Below, piece by piece: positions 11,830 through 25,322 of a DNA stretch of 64,000 nt. The notes under the pieces are model-generated. The model was not told where the DNA came from, did not search any database, and worked only from the letters and a program-made list of their open reading frames with translations. The DNA comes from Hemiscyllium ocellatum (Eukaryota), in assembly GCF_020745735.1 (NCBI RefSeq), contig NC_083412.1, forward strand, positions 49,045,181 through 49,109,180, written 5' to 3'. Position 1 is the stretch's first letter. Every line of letters begins with the position of its first letter. A program made the position numbers and the translations under genes.

Positions 11830-14800
11830 AAGTGGGTCAGAAGAATGGGAGTTGAAGGAAAATAGCCCTGGTAAAAAAATTTATAATGGAGAAAATAATG
11901 GGACTAAAAATTTATAAAACTTAAGTGTTGGAGAGGTGGCTATGGAGATAGTTAATGCATCAATGATTATCTTTCAAAAATAGATCCAGGTATGATTCCT
12001 ATGGATTGGAAGGTAGCAAATGTCACTCAACTATTTAAGAAGGGAGGAAGAGAGAAAACAGGAGCCACATATCTGCTAGTTTTATGCCAGTTGTGGCAAA
12101 ATGCTAGAATCTATTATAAAGGATGGGATAATAAATGGCTGGTTGATAATGGTCTGATAAGACATAGTTAACATGGATTAGTGAATAGAAAATCATGTTT
12201 GATTAGTTTGTTGAAATTTTTGAAGGTACTTTTTTAAAAAAAGACTTTATGGATATATTTAAATTTTTGAAAGGTTTTCGATAAAGTACCTCACAGGAGG
12301 CTGTTGAGGAAAGCTAAAGCACGTGGGGTGGAGGTAATGTATTGGAGTGGATTAATGATTGGCTAACAGGTAAAAAGCAGAGAGTAGGAATACATGAGTA
12401 ATTCTCTTGTCAACTGGCTGTGACTGGTGGGAGACTGCAAGGATAGAACATAGAACATAGAATGTTACAGTGCAGTACAGACTCTTCGGCCCCCGATGTT
12501 GCGCTGACCTGTGGAACCAATCTGAAATCCATCTAACCTCATCCATATGCCTATCCATTGACCATTTAAATGCCCTTAAAGTTAGTGAGTCTACTACTGT
12601 TGCAGACAGTGTATCCCATGCCCCTACTACTCTCTGAGTAAAGAAACAAACTTTGACAACTGTCCTATATCTATCACCCCCTCAATTTAAAGCTATGTCC
12701 CCTCACGCTAGCCATCGCCATCCAGCATGATCTCAATGGTTCCGAAACCCAATCCCTTTACCAATAAGAGCTAACACACTGTATGCCTTCTTAACCCTCT
12801 CAACCTGGGTGGCAGCTTTCAAGGATCTATGTACTTGGACATCGAGATCTCTCTGTTCATCTCCACTACCAAGAATCTTAACATTAGCCCAGTACTCTGC
12901 ATTCCTGTTGCTCCTTCCAAAGTGAATCACGTCACACTTTTCTGCATTAAATTCCATTTGCCACCCCTCAGCCCAGCTCTGCAACTTATCCATGTCTCTC
13001 TGTAACCTACAACATCCTTCATTACTATCCACAACTCTACCGACCTTAGTGTCATCCGCAAATTTATTAACCCATCCTTCTATGCCTCATGCAGGTCATT
13101 TATAAAAATGGCAACAACAGTGGATCCAAAACAGATCATTCAGGTACCCCCATTGTAACTGAACTCCAGGTTGAATATTTCCCAACAACCACCACCCTCT
13201 GTCTTCCTTCAGCTAGCCTTTCTGCAATAGCCTACCATGGGGAACCTTATCAAATGCCTTACTGAACTCCATATACACCACATTAACCGCTCTACCCTAA
13301 TCCATCTGTTTGGTCACCTTCTCAAAGAACTCAATAAGGTTTGCGAGATATGATCTACCCTTCACAAAACCATGTTGACTATCCCTAATCAGCCTATTCC
13401 TTTCTAGATGATTATAAATCCTACCTTTTATAACTCTTTCCAACACTTTACCCACAACCAAAGTAAGACTCACAGCTCTATAATTTCCAGGGTTGTCTCT
13501 ACTCCCCTTCTTGAACAAGGGAACAACATTTGCTCTCCTCCAGTCTTCTGACAGTATTACTGTAGACAATGACGACATACAGATCAAAGCCAAATGCTCA
13601 GCAATCTCTTCCTGGCTTCCCAGAGAATCCTAGGATAAATCCCATCTGGTCCAGAGGACTTATCTATTTTTTATACTTTCCAGAATTGCTAACACCTCTT
13701 CATTGTGCATCTCAATCCCATCTAGTCTAGTAGCCTATATCTCAGTATTGTCCTTGACCACATTGTCTTTTTCCAGTGTGAATACTGACGAAAAGTATTC
13801 ATTTAGCACTTCCCCTATCTCCTCTGACTCCACACTCAACTTCCCTCTACCATGCTTGATTGGCCTAATCTTACTCTAGTCATTCTTTTATTCCTGATAT
13901 ACCTATGGAAAACCTTAGAGTTTTCCTTGATCGTCTCTGCTAACAACTTCTCACGTCCTGTCCTGGCTCTTCTTAGTTCTCTCTTTAGGTCCTTCCTGGC
14001 TAACCTGTAACTCTCACAGGCCCTAACTGAGCCATCACATCTCATTTTAACATAAGCAGCCTTCTTCCTCTTGACAAGAGATTCAACTTCCTCAGTAAAC
14101 CACAGTTGCTGCACTTGACAACTTGCTCCCTGGCTGACTGGTACATACTTATCAAGGATCCACAGTCGCTGTTCCTTGAACAAGCTCCACATTTCAATTG
14201 TACGCATCCCCTCCAGTTTCCTTCCTCATCCTATGCATCCTAAATCTTGCCTAATCTATTGTAATTGCCTTTCCCCCAGCTATAATGCTTGCCTGGCAAT
14301 ATATACCCATCCCTTTCCATCATTAAAGTAAACATAACCAAATTGTGTCCAATATCGCCAAAGTGCTCACCCACCTCAAAATTTAACACCTGGCCAGGTT
14401 CATTCCCCAGTACCAAATCTAATGTGGCCTTGCCTCTTGTTGGCCTGTCGATATACTGTGTCAGGAAACCCTCCTGTACTCATTGGACAAAAACTGACCT
14501 ATCTAAAGCATTCAAACTATAGTATTCCCAGTCAATATTTGGAAAGTTAAAGTCGCCCATAACAACTACCCTGTCGTTCTCACTCCTAATGAGGACCATC
14601 TTTGCTATCCTATCCTCTACATCTCTGGAGATATTTGGAGGCCTAGGGTAACCTCTCCTCTCCTTGGAATCTCAGTCCATGCTACCTCAGTAGATGAGTC
14701 CTCAAACATCCTTTCTGCAACCATAATACTGTCCTTGACTAACAGTGCCACACCACCACCCCTTTTTACTATTTTCTCTCTTCTAAGTTGAGGAATCTGC

Positions 14801-16220
14801 AATAACAATTCCTGTCTTTGCTCTACCCATGTCTCTGAAATGGCCACAATATCAAAATCTCAGGTACCAATCCATGCTGCCAGTTTACCCACCTTATTCC
14901 GGATGTTCCTGGCATTGAAGTAGACACACTTCAAACCAACTTCTTCCTTGCTGGCGCCTTCTTGCAATCTTGAAATCTTGGTTCTGACTTCACTGCTCTC
15001 AACTTACCGTAGACTCAAACTACAATTTTCATTCCTATCCCGCTGCTGAATCAGTTTAATTCCACCTGAAGAGCATTAGCAAAATCTCCCTCCAGGATAT
15101 TGGTACCCCTCTGATTCAGGTGAAGACCACCCTGTTTGTAGAGCTCCCACCTACCCAAAAATTAGCCCCAATTATCCAGGAATCTAAAACCCTCCCTCCT
15201 GCAACATCCCGTCGCCCCATGTCAAACTCCTCTCTCTCCCTATTCCTTGTCTTGCTAGCACATGGCACGGGCAACAAGCCAGAGATAACAGCTCTGTTTG
15301 TTCTAGCTCTAAGCTTCCACCCATCTCCCTGAATTTCTGCCTTAAATCCCCATCCCTCTTCCTACCCATGTCGTTGGTGCCTATGTGAACCACGACTTGG
15401 GGCTGCTCCCTTTCCTCCTTAAGAATCCTGAAAACATGATCGGAGACATAATGAACTCTGGCAGCTGAGAGGCAACACACCCAACCGTGAGGCTCTCTCA
15501 TTCCCACAGAGGCTCTATCTGTCCCCCTATTGGAACTTGGGCCTCAGCTTTTCACAATAAATACCAGTGATTTGCAGGTAGGGAACCAAATGAAATATTT
15601 CCAAATCTGTGGAGGATGCAAAGCTATGTGAGAATGTGTATTGTGAGGAAAACCATAAAGCAGCTTCACGAGGAATTAAGCTTATCCATTCAGGTTAGGT
15701 GAATGGACAAAAACATGGCAAATGCAATACAATATGGAAAAATGTAAAGTTATCCACTTTGTTTGGAGAAGGAGGTGTGCAAAGGTTAGAAACTGTAGAT
15801 TTATAAAGGGACTCAGATGGCCTTGTCAATAAATCGATGAAGACTAATATGCAGGTGCATCAAGCTATTTGGATATTGAATGAACTGTTTGCCTTTACTC
15901 TAATAGGATTTGAGTACAGGAGTAGTGAGTTGCACAAATCGTATAATAACTTGGTTCAACCAAACCTGGAGTACTTTGTGCAGTTTTCCTTACCTCAGGA
16001 AAGATATAATTACCATAGACTGAGTGAGGCAAAGGTTCACCAGCCTTGTTCTCGGGCTGGTGGGACAATCGTATGAAGAGAAATTAGGCAAACTGGCCTT
16101 TATTCTAGAGAGTTTCAAAGAATGAGAGGTGATCTCATTGAAACCTGAAAAATAGTTAAAAAGGATCAGTAGCATAGATGCAGGGAAGATGTTTACACTA
16201 GTTGGGAGTCAGAACCAGCA
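11830..16220 (+). mobile_element. Older CR1 LINE (+) in two halves (11830-12445, 15530-16220) split by a younger antisense CR1
   Basis: RT sequence stops at ggagactgcaag (~12442) and resumes as cttgggcctcagcttttcacaat (~15537). ORF 15837-16076 contains QPNLEYFVQF. Confidence 0.75.
12443..15530 (-). mobile_element. CR1 LINE, ~3.1 kb, internally deleted: ORF1 esterase part, endonuclease, RT
   Basis: (atagaac)n tail at 12445-12461. ORFs 12733-13032, 13297-13593 (PGNYRAVSLT; RDSQHGFVKGRS), 14617-14847 (AISETW, GGGVALLVK) and 15184-15507 (PQVVVHIGTNDMGR, SGNH-like ORF1). Confidence 0.92.
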
Positions 16221-16714
16221 GACACTGGTCATTACAGATCGAGTATTGTTATCTCTGTGAAAAAGAGGTAATCACAGATTATTTTCAAGGTGAAACCTGC
16301 AGGCCACAATTCACAAAGGCAATCCAAAGTCTCATATGCTAGACAGGGGGACAGAAATTATTTCCTCTCACCTACAGCTGTATATAATCATCAGAAAGCT
16401 CTATATGCATTGCTGCCTTTCTCGATAGATGTCAGGGTTAGGATATCAGAAACCATGCAGCACTTAACCATATCTTACATCTATTTATTTGACATGGTTT
16501 GTGCTACATTCATCAAAAGAAGCTCATTTGTCAAAGGCTCATGCAGAGCCATTCTTTGGATCTTCTTGTTTGAGTCCTCTATATCACACTGGACAGAGAA
16601 ATATGCTAAACTCCCAAGGCTGCATCACTTACAACGATTGTCACTGGGAGATCGTAGCTGAGGTAAAAAAAAAAGTAAATTTATCATTGTTCCTTTTCAG
16701 AGAGAGATGACTAG

Positions 16715-16870
16715 TAATTAGTGTAATGAAAGGGTCAGTATGCCTAAGACAAGGGGAGATCTGTCATGATAATCTCAGCTAATGCAGAAATTGAACCCAT
16801 GCTGCTGGGGTCACTCTATATTAGAAACTAGCTGGCCAGCCAACTCAGCGAACCAACCTACATGGCTGAT
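16715..16870 (-). mobile_element. Second tRNA-derived SINE family, degenerate
   Basis: Minus strand reads gctgagttggc...gcatgggttcaattt. Related copy at 45272-45475. Confidence 0.55.
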
Positions 16871-18121
16871 GGCTCCATTATTCAAGACTTGGCTGAAGCT
16901 GAGTGTAAATACTGTGCAGCTCATTCCTCCACCAGGGCCATGGTGTGGCAGATGATAGGAATGCTGAAGATCTGGTTTTGATGTTCCAACTGGACTGGAG
17001 GCTCTTGTAGTAGTACCCTTATTGTTGCATATTCCTAGCATGCTATGAACTGCATAAGTGGAGCAGGGAAAAAAAAAACCTCTCAACCTTCTAAAACAGG
17101 CTTTATTTGTGTAATCTCTCCTCATAACTCAACCCCTGAAGTCCCGGTATTATTCTTATAAATCTATATTTTACTCTCTCCAAACCCATTATGTCCTTCC
17201 TAAGGTCTGGTGTTCAGATCTACTCACAATGCTCAAAGTTGGGGTCTAATCAGGTTATTGTATAACGGTAGCATAACTTCTGCATCCTTATACTCCAATT
17301 GTCTAGATATAAAGGTCAGCATTCCATTAGCTTTCTTGTCTGCACATGTTCATGACATTTTAAAGATCTATGCATCTGAACCCCCAAGTCTCTTTGGATA
17401 TCCATTGTATTTACAGACACACCATCTAGAAAGCTTCCTGATTTATCCTTTTTCAGTCCAAAATAGATAATCTCACACTTCTATTGAACTCCATCTGTCC
17501 ATTCACTTTGTCTATCAATGTCCCTTCATAATGTTATGCTATTATCTACACTGCTTAAATGCCAACTAATATTGTGTCATGAGCATATTTGGATTATTTG
17601 ACATTTTATGTCATTATCCTAGTCATGTCATAAAGCTAGTCCCTTTTTTTCTAAAAGCTGTTCCTTGGCTCAAGGAACAGAAGGCCAATAAACCGGACTG
17701 TACTCCGATCAGTCTGGTTTGTTGGAGAGATGAAAAGGATTTTGAGAGGCCTTTTCTTTATATGTAAATAGATGAGACTTCAGGCCAAAGTTGTCATGCT
17801 TTAGAAGTGACCTGTATAAACAGAGGGGAGAGGTCAGCTCTCTAGCCAGCTGAGCTGAGCAGTTTTTAGTTGAGTCTAAACTGGGAAATTCAACAGGGAA
17901 CTGTTGGAAACTCTCTCTCTTTTCTGCTCTTCAACCTCAACCTGTAAGCATATGTTTCATTTATACTGGTTTTAAAAGGGTGTTTGCTTATTGGAACTGT
18001 TGTGTGTATTCAGAACAGCATAATTAAGTCTGGCTGGATAGGTTGAGAGCTGTAGAATATTCTGTAGAATAGTTCTTTATTCTATTCTTCATGTTTCATT
18101 GTGTAATGTTGTGAATGTTCA

Positions 18122-18440
18122 GGGCGGCACGGTGGCACAGTGGTTAGCACTGCTGCCTCACAGCGCCAGGGACCTGGGTTCAATTCCCGCCTCAGGTGAC
18201 TGACTGTGTGGAGTTTGCACATTCTCCCCGTGTCTGTGTGGGTTTCCTCCGGGTGCTCCGGTTTCCTCCCACAGTCCAAAGATGTGCGGGTTAGGTGAAT
18301 TGGCCATGCTAAATTGCCCGTAGTGTTAGGTAAGGGGTATATGTAGGGGTATGGGTGGGTTGCGCTTCGGCGGGTCGGTGTGGACTTGTTGGGCCGAAGG
18401 GCCTGTTTCCACACTGTAAGTAATCTAATCTAATCTAATA
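18122..18440 (+). mobile_element. Young HE1/V-SINE-type SINE inside the 5' LTR
   Basis: gggcggcacggtggcacagtggttagc head and (taatc)n tail; absent from the 3' LTR. Confidence 0.95.
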
Positions 18441-18483
18441 AGGAATAATTTTTTTTTGTCTGTTTTAAAATCTAGAAGTCAAC

Positions 18484-18569
18484 TGATGAAGGAACAGCGC
18501 TCCAAAAGCTAGTGCTTCCAAATAAATCTGTTGGACTATAACCTGGTGTTGTGTGATTTTTAACTCAGT
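18484..18569 (+). mobile_element. Short PLE-derived hammerhead-like fragment inside the 5' LTR
   Basis: ctgatgaaggaacagcgctccaaaagctagtg..., flanked by agtcaac at 18477-18483 and 18570-18576; absent from the 3' LTR. Confidence 0.8.
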
Positions 18570-18856
18570 AGTCAACCTAGCTATCTTACTCCGGGAAATT
18601 TTCACTGTACACTTTCCAAAACAAATTGTAAAGTTAGGTCAAGGCTGACTGCTTAAGAATGTTTTGAGTGGTCTGGCCTAGTCCCTAACAGATTGGTTGC
18701 TCTTTGTGTGATATTAAACAGCGAATGGTAGGTGCTAGTGTCTTTATTTTGGATGTTGGTTTGGCTGGGTAGACAAAGCTTGGGACTGTAATGGTTCTTT
18801 CAGTCACCAAAAGTTTTTTGGATGTGGATACGGTGACTTTGGAGGTTTTGTAAAAA

Positions 18857-21800
18857 GTGAATAAAACCAAGTTGCAAGAATTAGCAGAGAAGCTGGAATT
18901 GGAACTGCTCACTTCTGTGAGGAAAGGAGGGATAATTATAGCAGTAGCTCAGCATTTAAACTTGCTGGAGAAACCATCAGGATCTATAGAGATGTCAAGA
19001 ATTCAATTGCAAATGAAGCAGCTCAAGTTGGAGGTGAGAGATAAGGAAAGGGCAACAGAAAGGAAACAGTTTGAGTTATGATTAAAAGCAGAAGAAAGGT
19101 AAAAAGAGAGAGCAGCAGAACAGAGAGAAACAGAGTGCGTTTGAAGTTCAAAAACTGACACTTTAAAAGGAAAATCAGCTTAAAAGGCTAGAGATAAAGG
19201 CTGAGGGTAGGCTCAGTGAGGAAGTAGTGTGAACTCATGTGGAAGAGCAGAGAGTTAAAACAGCAAGGTTAGCAGCTGAAGTGGCTGATTGTTATGAGCT
19301 GGTCCGTAAAACTCAGTTTGGCTTCCAGAATCAATTTCAGTCCATGAGGGATAGAAATTGGGGCAAAGAGAAATCCTCAAATGGAAAGGAAATGGTAGAT
19401 CTCAGCGATGATCATAAGGATAATTTACCACAGGGTAAAAAAGAAACCCGTGAGGGGGAACAAAGTAGTTAAAAAGCTCACTGAAATAAAGTGGGCCCCA
19501 CAAAATTACAGTGTTGGTGGGCTAGGAGAAAACCAGATGAAGGAAAACCAGACAAGCCTGGAAGTTTTGTTAGACTGGTAACAAAAAGCACAAGACAAAT
19601 TAGACAACTGCCTCAGAGGTTGATTAAGGAGGAAGTGCCAGATCTGCTGAAAAAACAAGAGTAAAGTTTATTCACATAGACCAGGAGTAATAGGTAAGGA
19701 GGTTACAATATTAAGGGACACAGGATCTTTTCTGTCTGTAATGCTGAAGGGTGAGGAGATATGTACTCCTGACGGACGATTGTCAGAAAAGGTACTGGTA
19801 ACAGGAATTCATGGTGAAATAAAATGTGCGCAATTATGTAAAGTGAGGCAAGAGAGTCTAGAAAAGAGTGGAGAACTTGTGGTAGAAAAACTGAACAAAC
19901 TCTCAGCTCCAGGAGTACAATTTGTCCTTGTAAGTGATATAAATGATTCACTGGTAGGCGTGCTGCCTACTCTGGTTGAAATGCCAGTGGAGATGCAGGC
20001 AACTAAAGACATGGAGAATGTTTTTCCAGGAATTTTCCTGATTGTGTGATCACGAGATCACAGAGGCACAAGCTGAAGCAGGAGAGATCAAAAGGTATAG
20101 GTAAGGAAGCTGATGTAGTGTTATCTGAAAGTCCTTTGATCAGATTAGTGGAACAGAGAAGGAACAAACAGCTAAACTGCCCGTATGTTTAGCTCTGCTA
20201 AGCTGATTGAAATACAGCAGAAAGAAGAGTTAAAACAGTTATATCAAAAGGCATTTACTGAGAAAGAAAGTGAATGCATTCCTGAGTGTTATTACTTAAC
20301 AAATGATGTCCTATTGAGGAAATGGAGACAATCACACATTCAAGCAGATGAGAAATGGGCAAACATTCATCATATTGTTTTGCTGGTATGTCATTGAAAG
20401 GAGATGCTGCGAGTGGTGCATGAGCTATGACTTGGAGGTGATTTAAGGGTAAGGAAAACACAGGCTAAAATACAAAGACATTTTTACTGGCCTGGAATTC
20501 GCAAAGATGTAGTTCAATTTTGCTAGATATGTCATACATGTCAGGTAATCGGAAAACCACAGGCAGGAATAAAACCTGTACCTTTAATACCTATTCCAGC
20601 ATTTCAGGAACCTTTTGCAAGAGTCTTGATTGATTGCATAGGTCCCCTACTTCAAACAAAAGTAGGAATAAATTTACTAACAATAATGGATATGTTGACT
20701 AGATTTCCAGAGACAATCCCATTACACAACATCACAGCTAAAAGAGTCATAGAAAAATTACTTAAACTTTTTACTAGATACGGACTACCAAAAGAGATCC
20801 AGTCAGATCAAGGATCAAACTTCACATCCTTCGTCAAAGAGGTTACAGATAAGTTGGGAATAAAGCAATTCAAATCTACTGCGTACCATCTGGAATTACA
20901 GGGAGTGCTAAAGAGATGGCATCAGACACTGGAGACCATGTTAAGGGCTTATGGTCAGGATTATCCAAGATTGGGATAAGTGAGTTCCGAACGTACTTTT
21001 TGTTATCAGAGATGCACCGAATGAATCGACCAAACTCAGTCCACTTGAATTAATTTTTGGGCATGAAGAAAGAGGACCATTAAAGTTGATTGAGGAGAAA
21101 TTAATAAGGCAGATTTCAGAGACCACCCATTTGGACTATATGTCAAATTTTAGGGAATGATTAAATAGAGCTGTGGAGTTGGCTAGACAGCATTTAAAAG
21201 TATCACAGCATACAGGAAGTGGATAAGAAATCACAAATTTGCAATTTTTGCAATTGGGGATAAGGTATTGTTGTTACTTCCAGTAACAGGTGAGGCTTTA
21301 AAAGCCAGCTTTAGTGGACTTTATTAAATTGTGAAGAAATTGAGTGGGGCGAAGTACTTGATACGGACTCCAGGTAGGAAGAAATCTCACAGAATGTATT
21401 ATGTGAATATGCTCAAAAGATAATTTGATAGGGAAGGAAAGCAAGAGGAGAAGAGGACAGTACAGAAGGAAGAACCAAGTTCAGAGGATTCTGCATTGAA
21501 CATTCCTCAAATCAAATTGGACAGTGAGGAAGTTGTCAAAAATTGGGATAAATTATTGCATTACCTTCCACATGAAAATCGAAATGACCTAAAAGACTTA
21601 TTACTATCACATGGGGAGGTTTGTGGAAATAAACTGGGAAGTACTAACCTAATTTGCATGATGTAGATATAGGAGATGCTGTTTCAATTAAGCAACATCC
21701 TTATAGGCATAACCCTCTAAGGTTAACACAGGTTCAAAAGGCGATAGAATGCATGTTCCAAGATGGCATAATTGAAGTGAGTTACAGTGACTGGAGCTTA

Positions 21801-22915
21801 TCCATTGTCATGGTGCCAAAGCAAGATGGTACCCAATAGTTATGTATGGACTATCGCAAAGACTGATGCATATCCAATTCCATGGTTGGAGGACTGTGTT
21901 GACAAAGTGGGACAAGCAAGTTATATTTCTAAGTTGGACTTGCTCAGAGGCTACTGACAATACCCCTTTCAGAGACAGCGAGGCGATTTCAGCTTTCGTA
22001 ACGCCAAATCGACTATATCAGTTCAAAATCATGCCATTTGGTATGAAAAACACTCCAGCCACATTTCAGAAACTAACTAATATGGTCATTGCTGGATTAC
22101 CTAACTGTGTGTATATTGATAGCCTGGTGATTTTTAGTCATTCATGGCAGAAATATTTACGGCATTTATTGGACTTGTTTGATTGACTTCGGAAGGCTAA
22201 TTTGGTGGTAAGCCTGGCTAAAAATGAATTTACCAAAGCCCAAGACACCTTTCTGGACCATGTTATTGGACATGGACAAATGGCCCCACAAGATGCCAAA
22301 ACGAAAGTAATTGAGGAATTTCCCACACCATCAAAAAAAAAGGCAGTACCATGGTTCCTGAGATTGAGTGGATTTTACTGAAAATTTGTACCAAACATTA
22401 GCAGTGTGGCTGCTCCACTCACCGAATTGTTAAAAAAGGACAAGAGGTTTCAGTGGACATCGGACTGTCAAAAGGCACTTATTTGCCAGCCTAAAAACTG
22501 CGTTAACCACTGCCCCAGTATTAGCCACACCGGATTATATGAAGCCTTTCAGGATGGCTATCGATGCCAGTGATTTGGGCGACAATATGGGGCTCCTGCA
22601 GGAAGATGTTGAGGGAACAGAAAAACCCAACAGATATTTTCCATCAGATGTTCATCAACAGAAATATTCAATGGTGGAGAAAGAAACTTTAAGCTTAGTG
22701 TCGGCATGACAACATTTCAGTGTTTATGTTACCAGCAATGCATCTGAGACATTCATATACACTGATCACAACCTATTGACATTTGTGGAAAATTTTAACG
22801 ACAAAAATGCCAAACAGTTTAGATGGAGCTTATTGTTGCAGCCATTCAATTTGACAATTGTGCATGTGACAGGTCACAAAGACATGATTGCTGATGCGTT
22901 TTCAAGACTCGAATG
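18857..22915 (+). pseudogene. Disrupted gag-pol of the Gmr1-like element
   Basis: gag-like ORF 18857-19081. Integrase: HFYWPGIRKDV..C..CHTC, then ORF 20626-20979 (IDCIGPL, SDQGSNF). RT ORFs 21654-22186 (MPFGMKN, YIDS). RNase H near 22540-22910 (DAS, YTDHN, ADAFSR). Many stops and frameshifts. Confidence 0.88.
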
Positions 22916-23089
22916 AGATATGGAGGCATTTGGTGGTGGGTGTGCCACGGCCTGAATTTACGTATGATTGTGCATGTTTCCATGTTTATAGTTAGTATAG
23001 TGTATATCTGTGTTTAGACTACTAACCAGATTTTGAAGGGTTAAAAATGAAGCCATCTTTTGGTATTGATGTTTTTTTAAGGGGAGACA

Positions 23090-23734
23090 TGTCACAAAGC
23101 TAGCCCCTTTTTTCCTAAAAACTGTTCCTTGACCCAAGGAGACGCTGTCCTTGATTTTTTTCAGAAAGGTAATAAACTGGGCCAGACTCCAATCAATCTG
23201 GTTTGGTACAGAGATGAAAAGGATTTTTAGAAGCCTTTTGTTCATATGGAAACAGATGAGACTTCAGGCCAAAGTTGTCATGTTTTTGAAGTGACCTGTA
23301 TAAAGAGAAGGGAGTGGTTAGCTCTCTAGCTAGCTCAGGTAGGCAATTTTTAGTTCAGTCTTGAACTGGGAAGTTCACAGGGAGCTGTGTCGAAACTCTC
23401 CCTCTCTTTTCTGTCTTCACCTTTAACCTGTAAGCATGTGTTACATTTACACTGGTTTTTAAAGGGTGTTTGCTTATTGGGACTGTTGTGTGTATTCGGA
23501 ACAGCATAACTAAGTCTAGCTGGATAGGTTGAGTTCTGTAGGGGTCCTTTATTCTGTTCTTTGTGCTTCATTGTGTAATGTTGTGAATAAACTTTTTGTC
23601 TGTTTTAAAATCTAGTAGTCAACCTAGCTATCTTACTCCAAGTACTTTTCACTGTATGCTTACTGAAATAATTGCAAAGTTAGGTCTAGGGCTGCTTGCC
23701 AAAGAATGTTTTAAGTGGTCTGCCTAGTCCATAA
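23090..23734 (+). repeat. 3' LTR
   Basis: Begins tgtcacaaagctag after the PPT. Visibly diverged from the 5' LTR (roughly 80-85% identical by eye). Confidence 0.88.
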
Positions 23735-24193
23735 GTCATTAGTAAATAATACGAATAATTGAGGCCTTAACGCATATCCATGTGGGACACCATTAGTTAC
23801 ATCCTTCCCAATAGTCATATCCTAACTTTCTATCACCTGCCACTCACCTGATTTCCCAGCCATGTCAATAATTTGTCCTCAATTCCATGGGCTTCCACCT
23901 TAGTTAACAATCTCTTATGTGTGACTTTCTGAAAAAGTAGAAATTTAAGATTAGGATAATTTGTTAGGGACTTTTGTCAGTTTGTAAATATGAGATGTTT
24001 ATTCTTCAGGAAGGGAGAGGTTTTCTGTCCAAAAGCAGAGTTTTATGTCCGGTTGGATGGGTCATGGATTTCCAACAAGCAGAGCATTTCTTCTTTGTCA
24101 CGTAAATAGTTTTTTTAGTTGTTAGACATGTGTTTTATTAAATTATACTGTAGAAAAAGAGATTTTCATTAGCTCTATGTCTTTGTGATGCCT

Positions 24194-25322
24194 GATAGAA
24201 CATAGAACATAGAAAAGTACAGCACAGAACAGGCCCTTTGGCCTACAATGTTATGCTGAGACTTAATCCTAATGTAAAATATAGTAACTTAACCTATGCA
24301 TCCCTCAATTCACTGCTATCCATGTGCATGTTCAGCAGTCACTTAAATGTCCCCAATGTCTCTATTTCTACCACCTCAGCTGGCAACACATTCCATGCAT
24401 TCACAACTCTGCATAAAGAACCTACCTCTGATGTCTTCTTTATACCTTCCTCCCAATATCTTCAAACTATGACTTCTCGTACCAGTCAATCCTGCCCTGG
24501 GGAAAAGTCTCTGGCTATTGATTCTATCTATTCCTCTCATTATTTTGTACACCTCAATCAGGTCTCCTCTTTTCCTCCTTCTCTCCAGAGAGAAAAGTCC
24601 GAGCTTATTCAACCTTTCTTCATAAGGCAAGCTCTCCAGTCCAGGCAGCATCCTGTAAACCTTCTTTGCACCCTCTCCAAAGCCTCTGTATCTTTCCTAT
24701 AGTAGGGCGAGCAGAACTGGCCGCCCTACTATAGGTCTCACCAGGGACTTGTAGAGCTGCAGCAAAACCTCGTGGCTCTTAAACTTGATCCCCCTGTTAA
24801 TGAAAGCCAAAACACCATATGCTTTCTTAACAACCCTATCCACTTTGGTGGCAACTTTGAGGGATCTGTGTACTTGCAAACCCAGATTCCTTTGTTCTTC
24901 TACACTGCCAAGAATCCTATCTTCAATCCTACATTCAGCGTTCGAGTTCGAACTTCCAAAATACATCACTTCGCAATTATCCAGGTTGAACTCCATCTGC
25001 CATTTCTCAGCCCAGCTCTGCATCCTAGCTATGCCACACTGCAGACTGCAGTAGCCCTCAATACTATCGACGACACCTCCAACCTTTGTGTCATCTGCAA
25101 ATTTACTAACCCACCCGTCAAACCTCCTCACCAAGTAATTTATAAAAACTACAAAGAGCAGAGGCCCAAGAACAGAGCCCTGCGGGACCCCACTCAACAC
25201 TGTCTTCCAAGCAGAACATGTTCCACCTACAACCACTCTCTGCCTTCTGTCAGCCAGCCAATTCTGAATCCAGATAACCAAATCTCCCTGTATCCCATAC
25301 TTCCTGACTTTATGAATGATAG
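24194..25322 (-). mobile_element. CR1 LINE, 5'-truncated
   Basis: (atagaac)n tail. ORF 24697-25347 has SGVPQGSVLGPLLF and KFADDTK; ORF 24376-24651 has RGDLIEVYKIMRG. Confidence 0.93.

Larger units (their letters stand above)
17626..18690 (+). repeat. 5' LTR carrying two nested insertions
   Basis: Begins tgtcataaagctag and ends gtccctaaca. Colinear with the 3' LTR once 18122-18440 and 18484-18569 are removed. Confidence 0.88.
17626..23734 (+). mobile_element. Gmr1-like Ty3/Gypsy LTR retrotransposon, full-length but decayed
   Basis: LTRs at 17626-18690 (with insertions) and 23090-23734; gtca TSD at 17622-17625 and 23735-23738; PPT aaggggagaca before the 3' LTR. Domain order is gag, PR (DTG 19717-19725), IN, RT, RNase H. 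Confidence 0.9.
17050..23930 (-). mobile_element. Old CR1 fragment (17050-17625 plus 23739-23930) split by the Gypsy element
   Basis: Joining cattatcctagtca to ttagtaaataat...gaggcc restores a continuous antisense CR1 RT sequence. Confidence 0.7.

Noticed and set aside
16290-16710. Overlapping 123-aa and 73-aa ORFs with a possible donor near 16662
   Set aside because: No motif, no clear acceptor and no link to the gene model.
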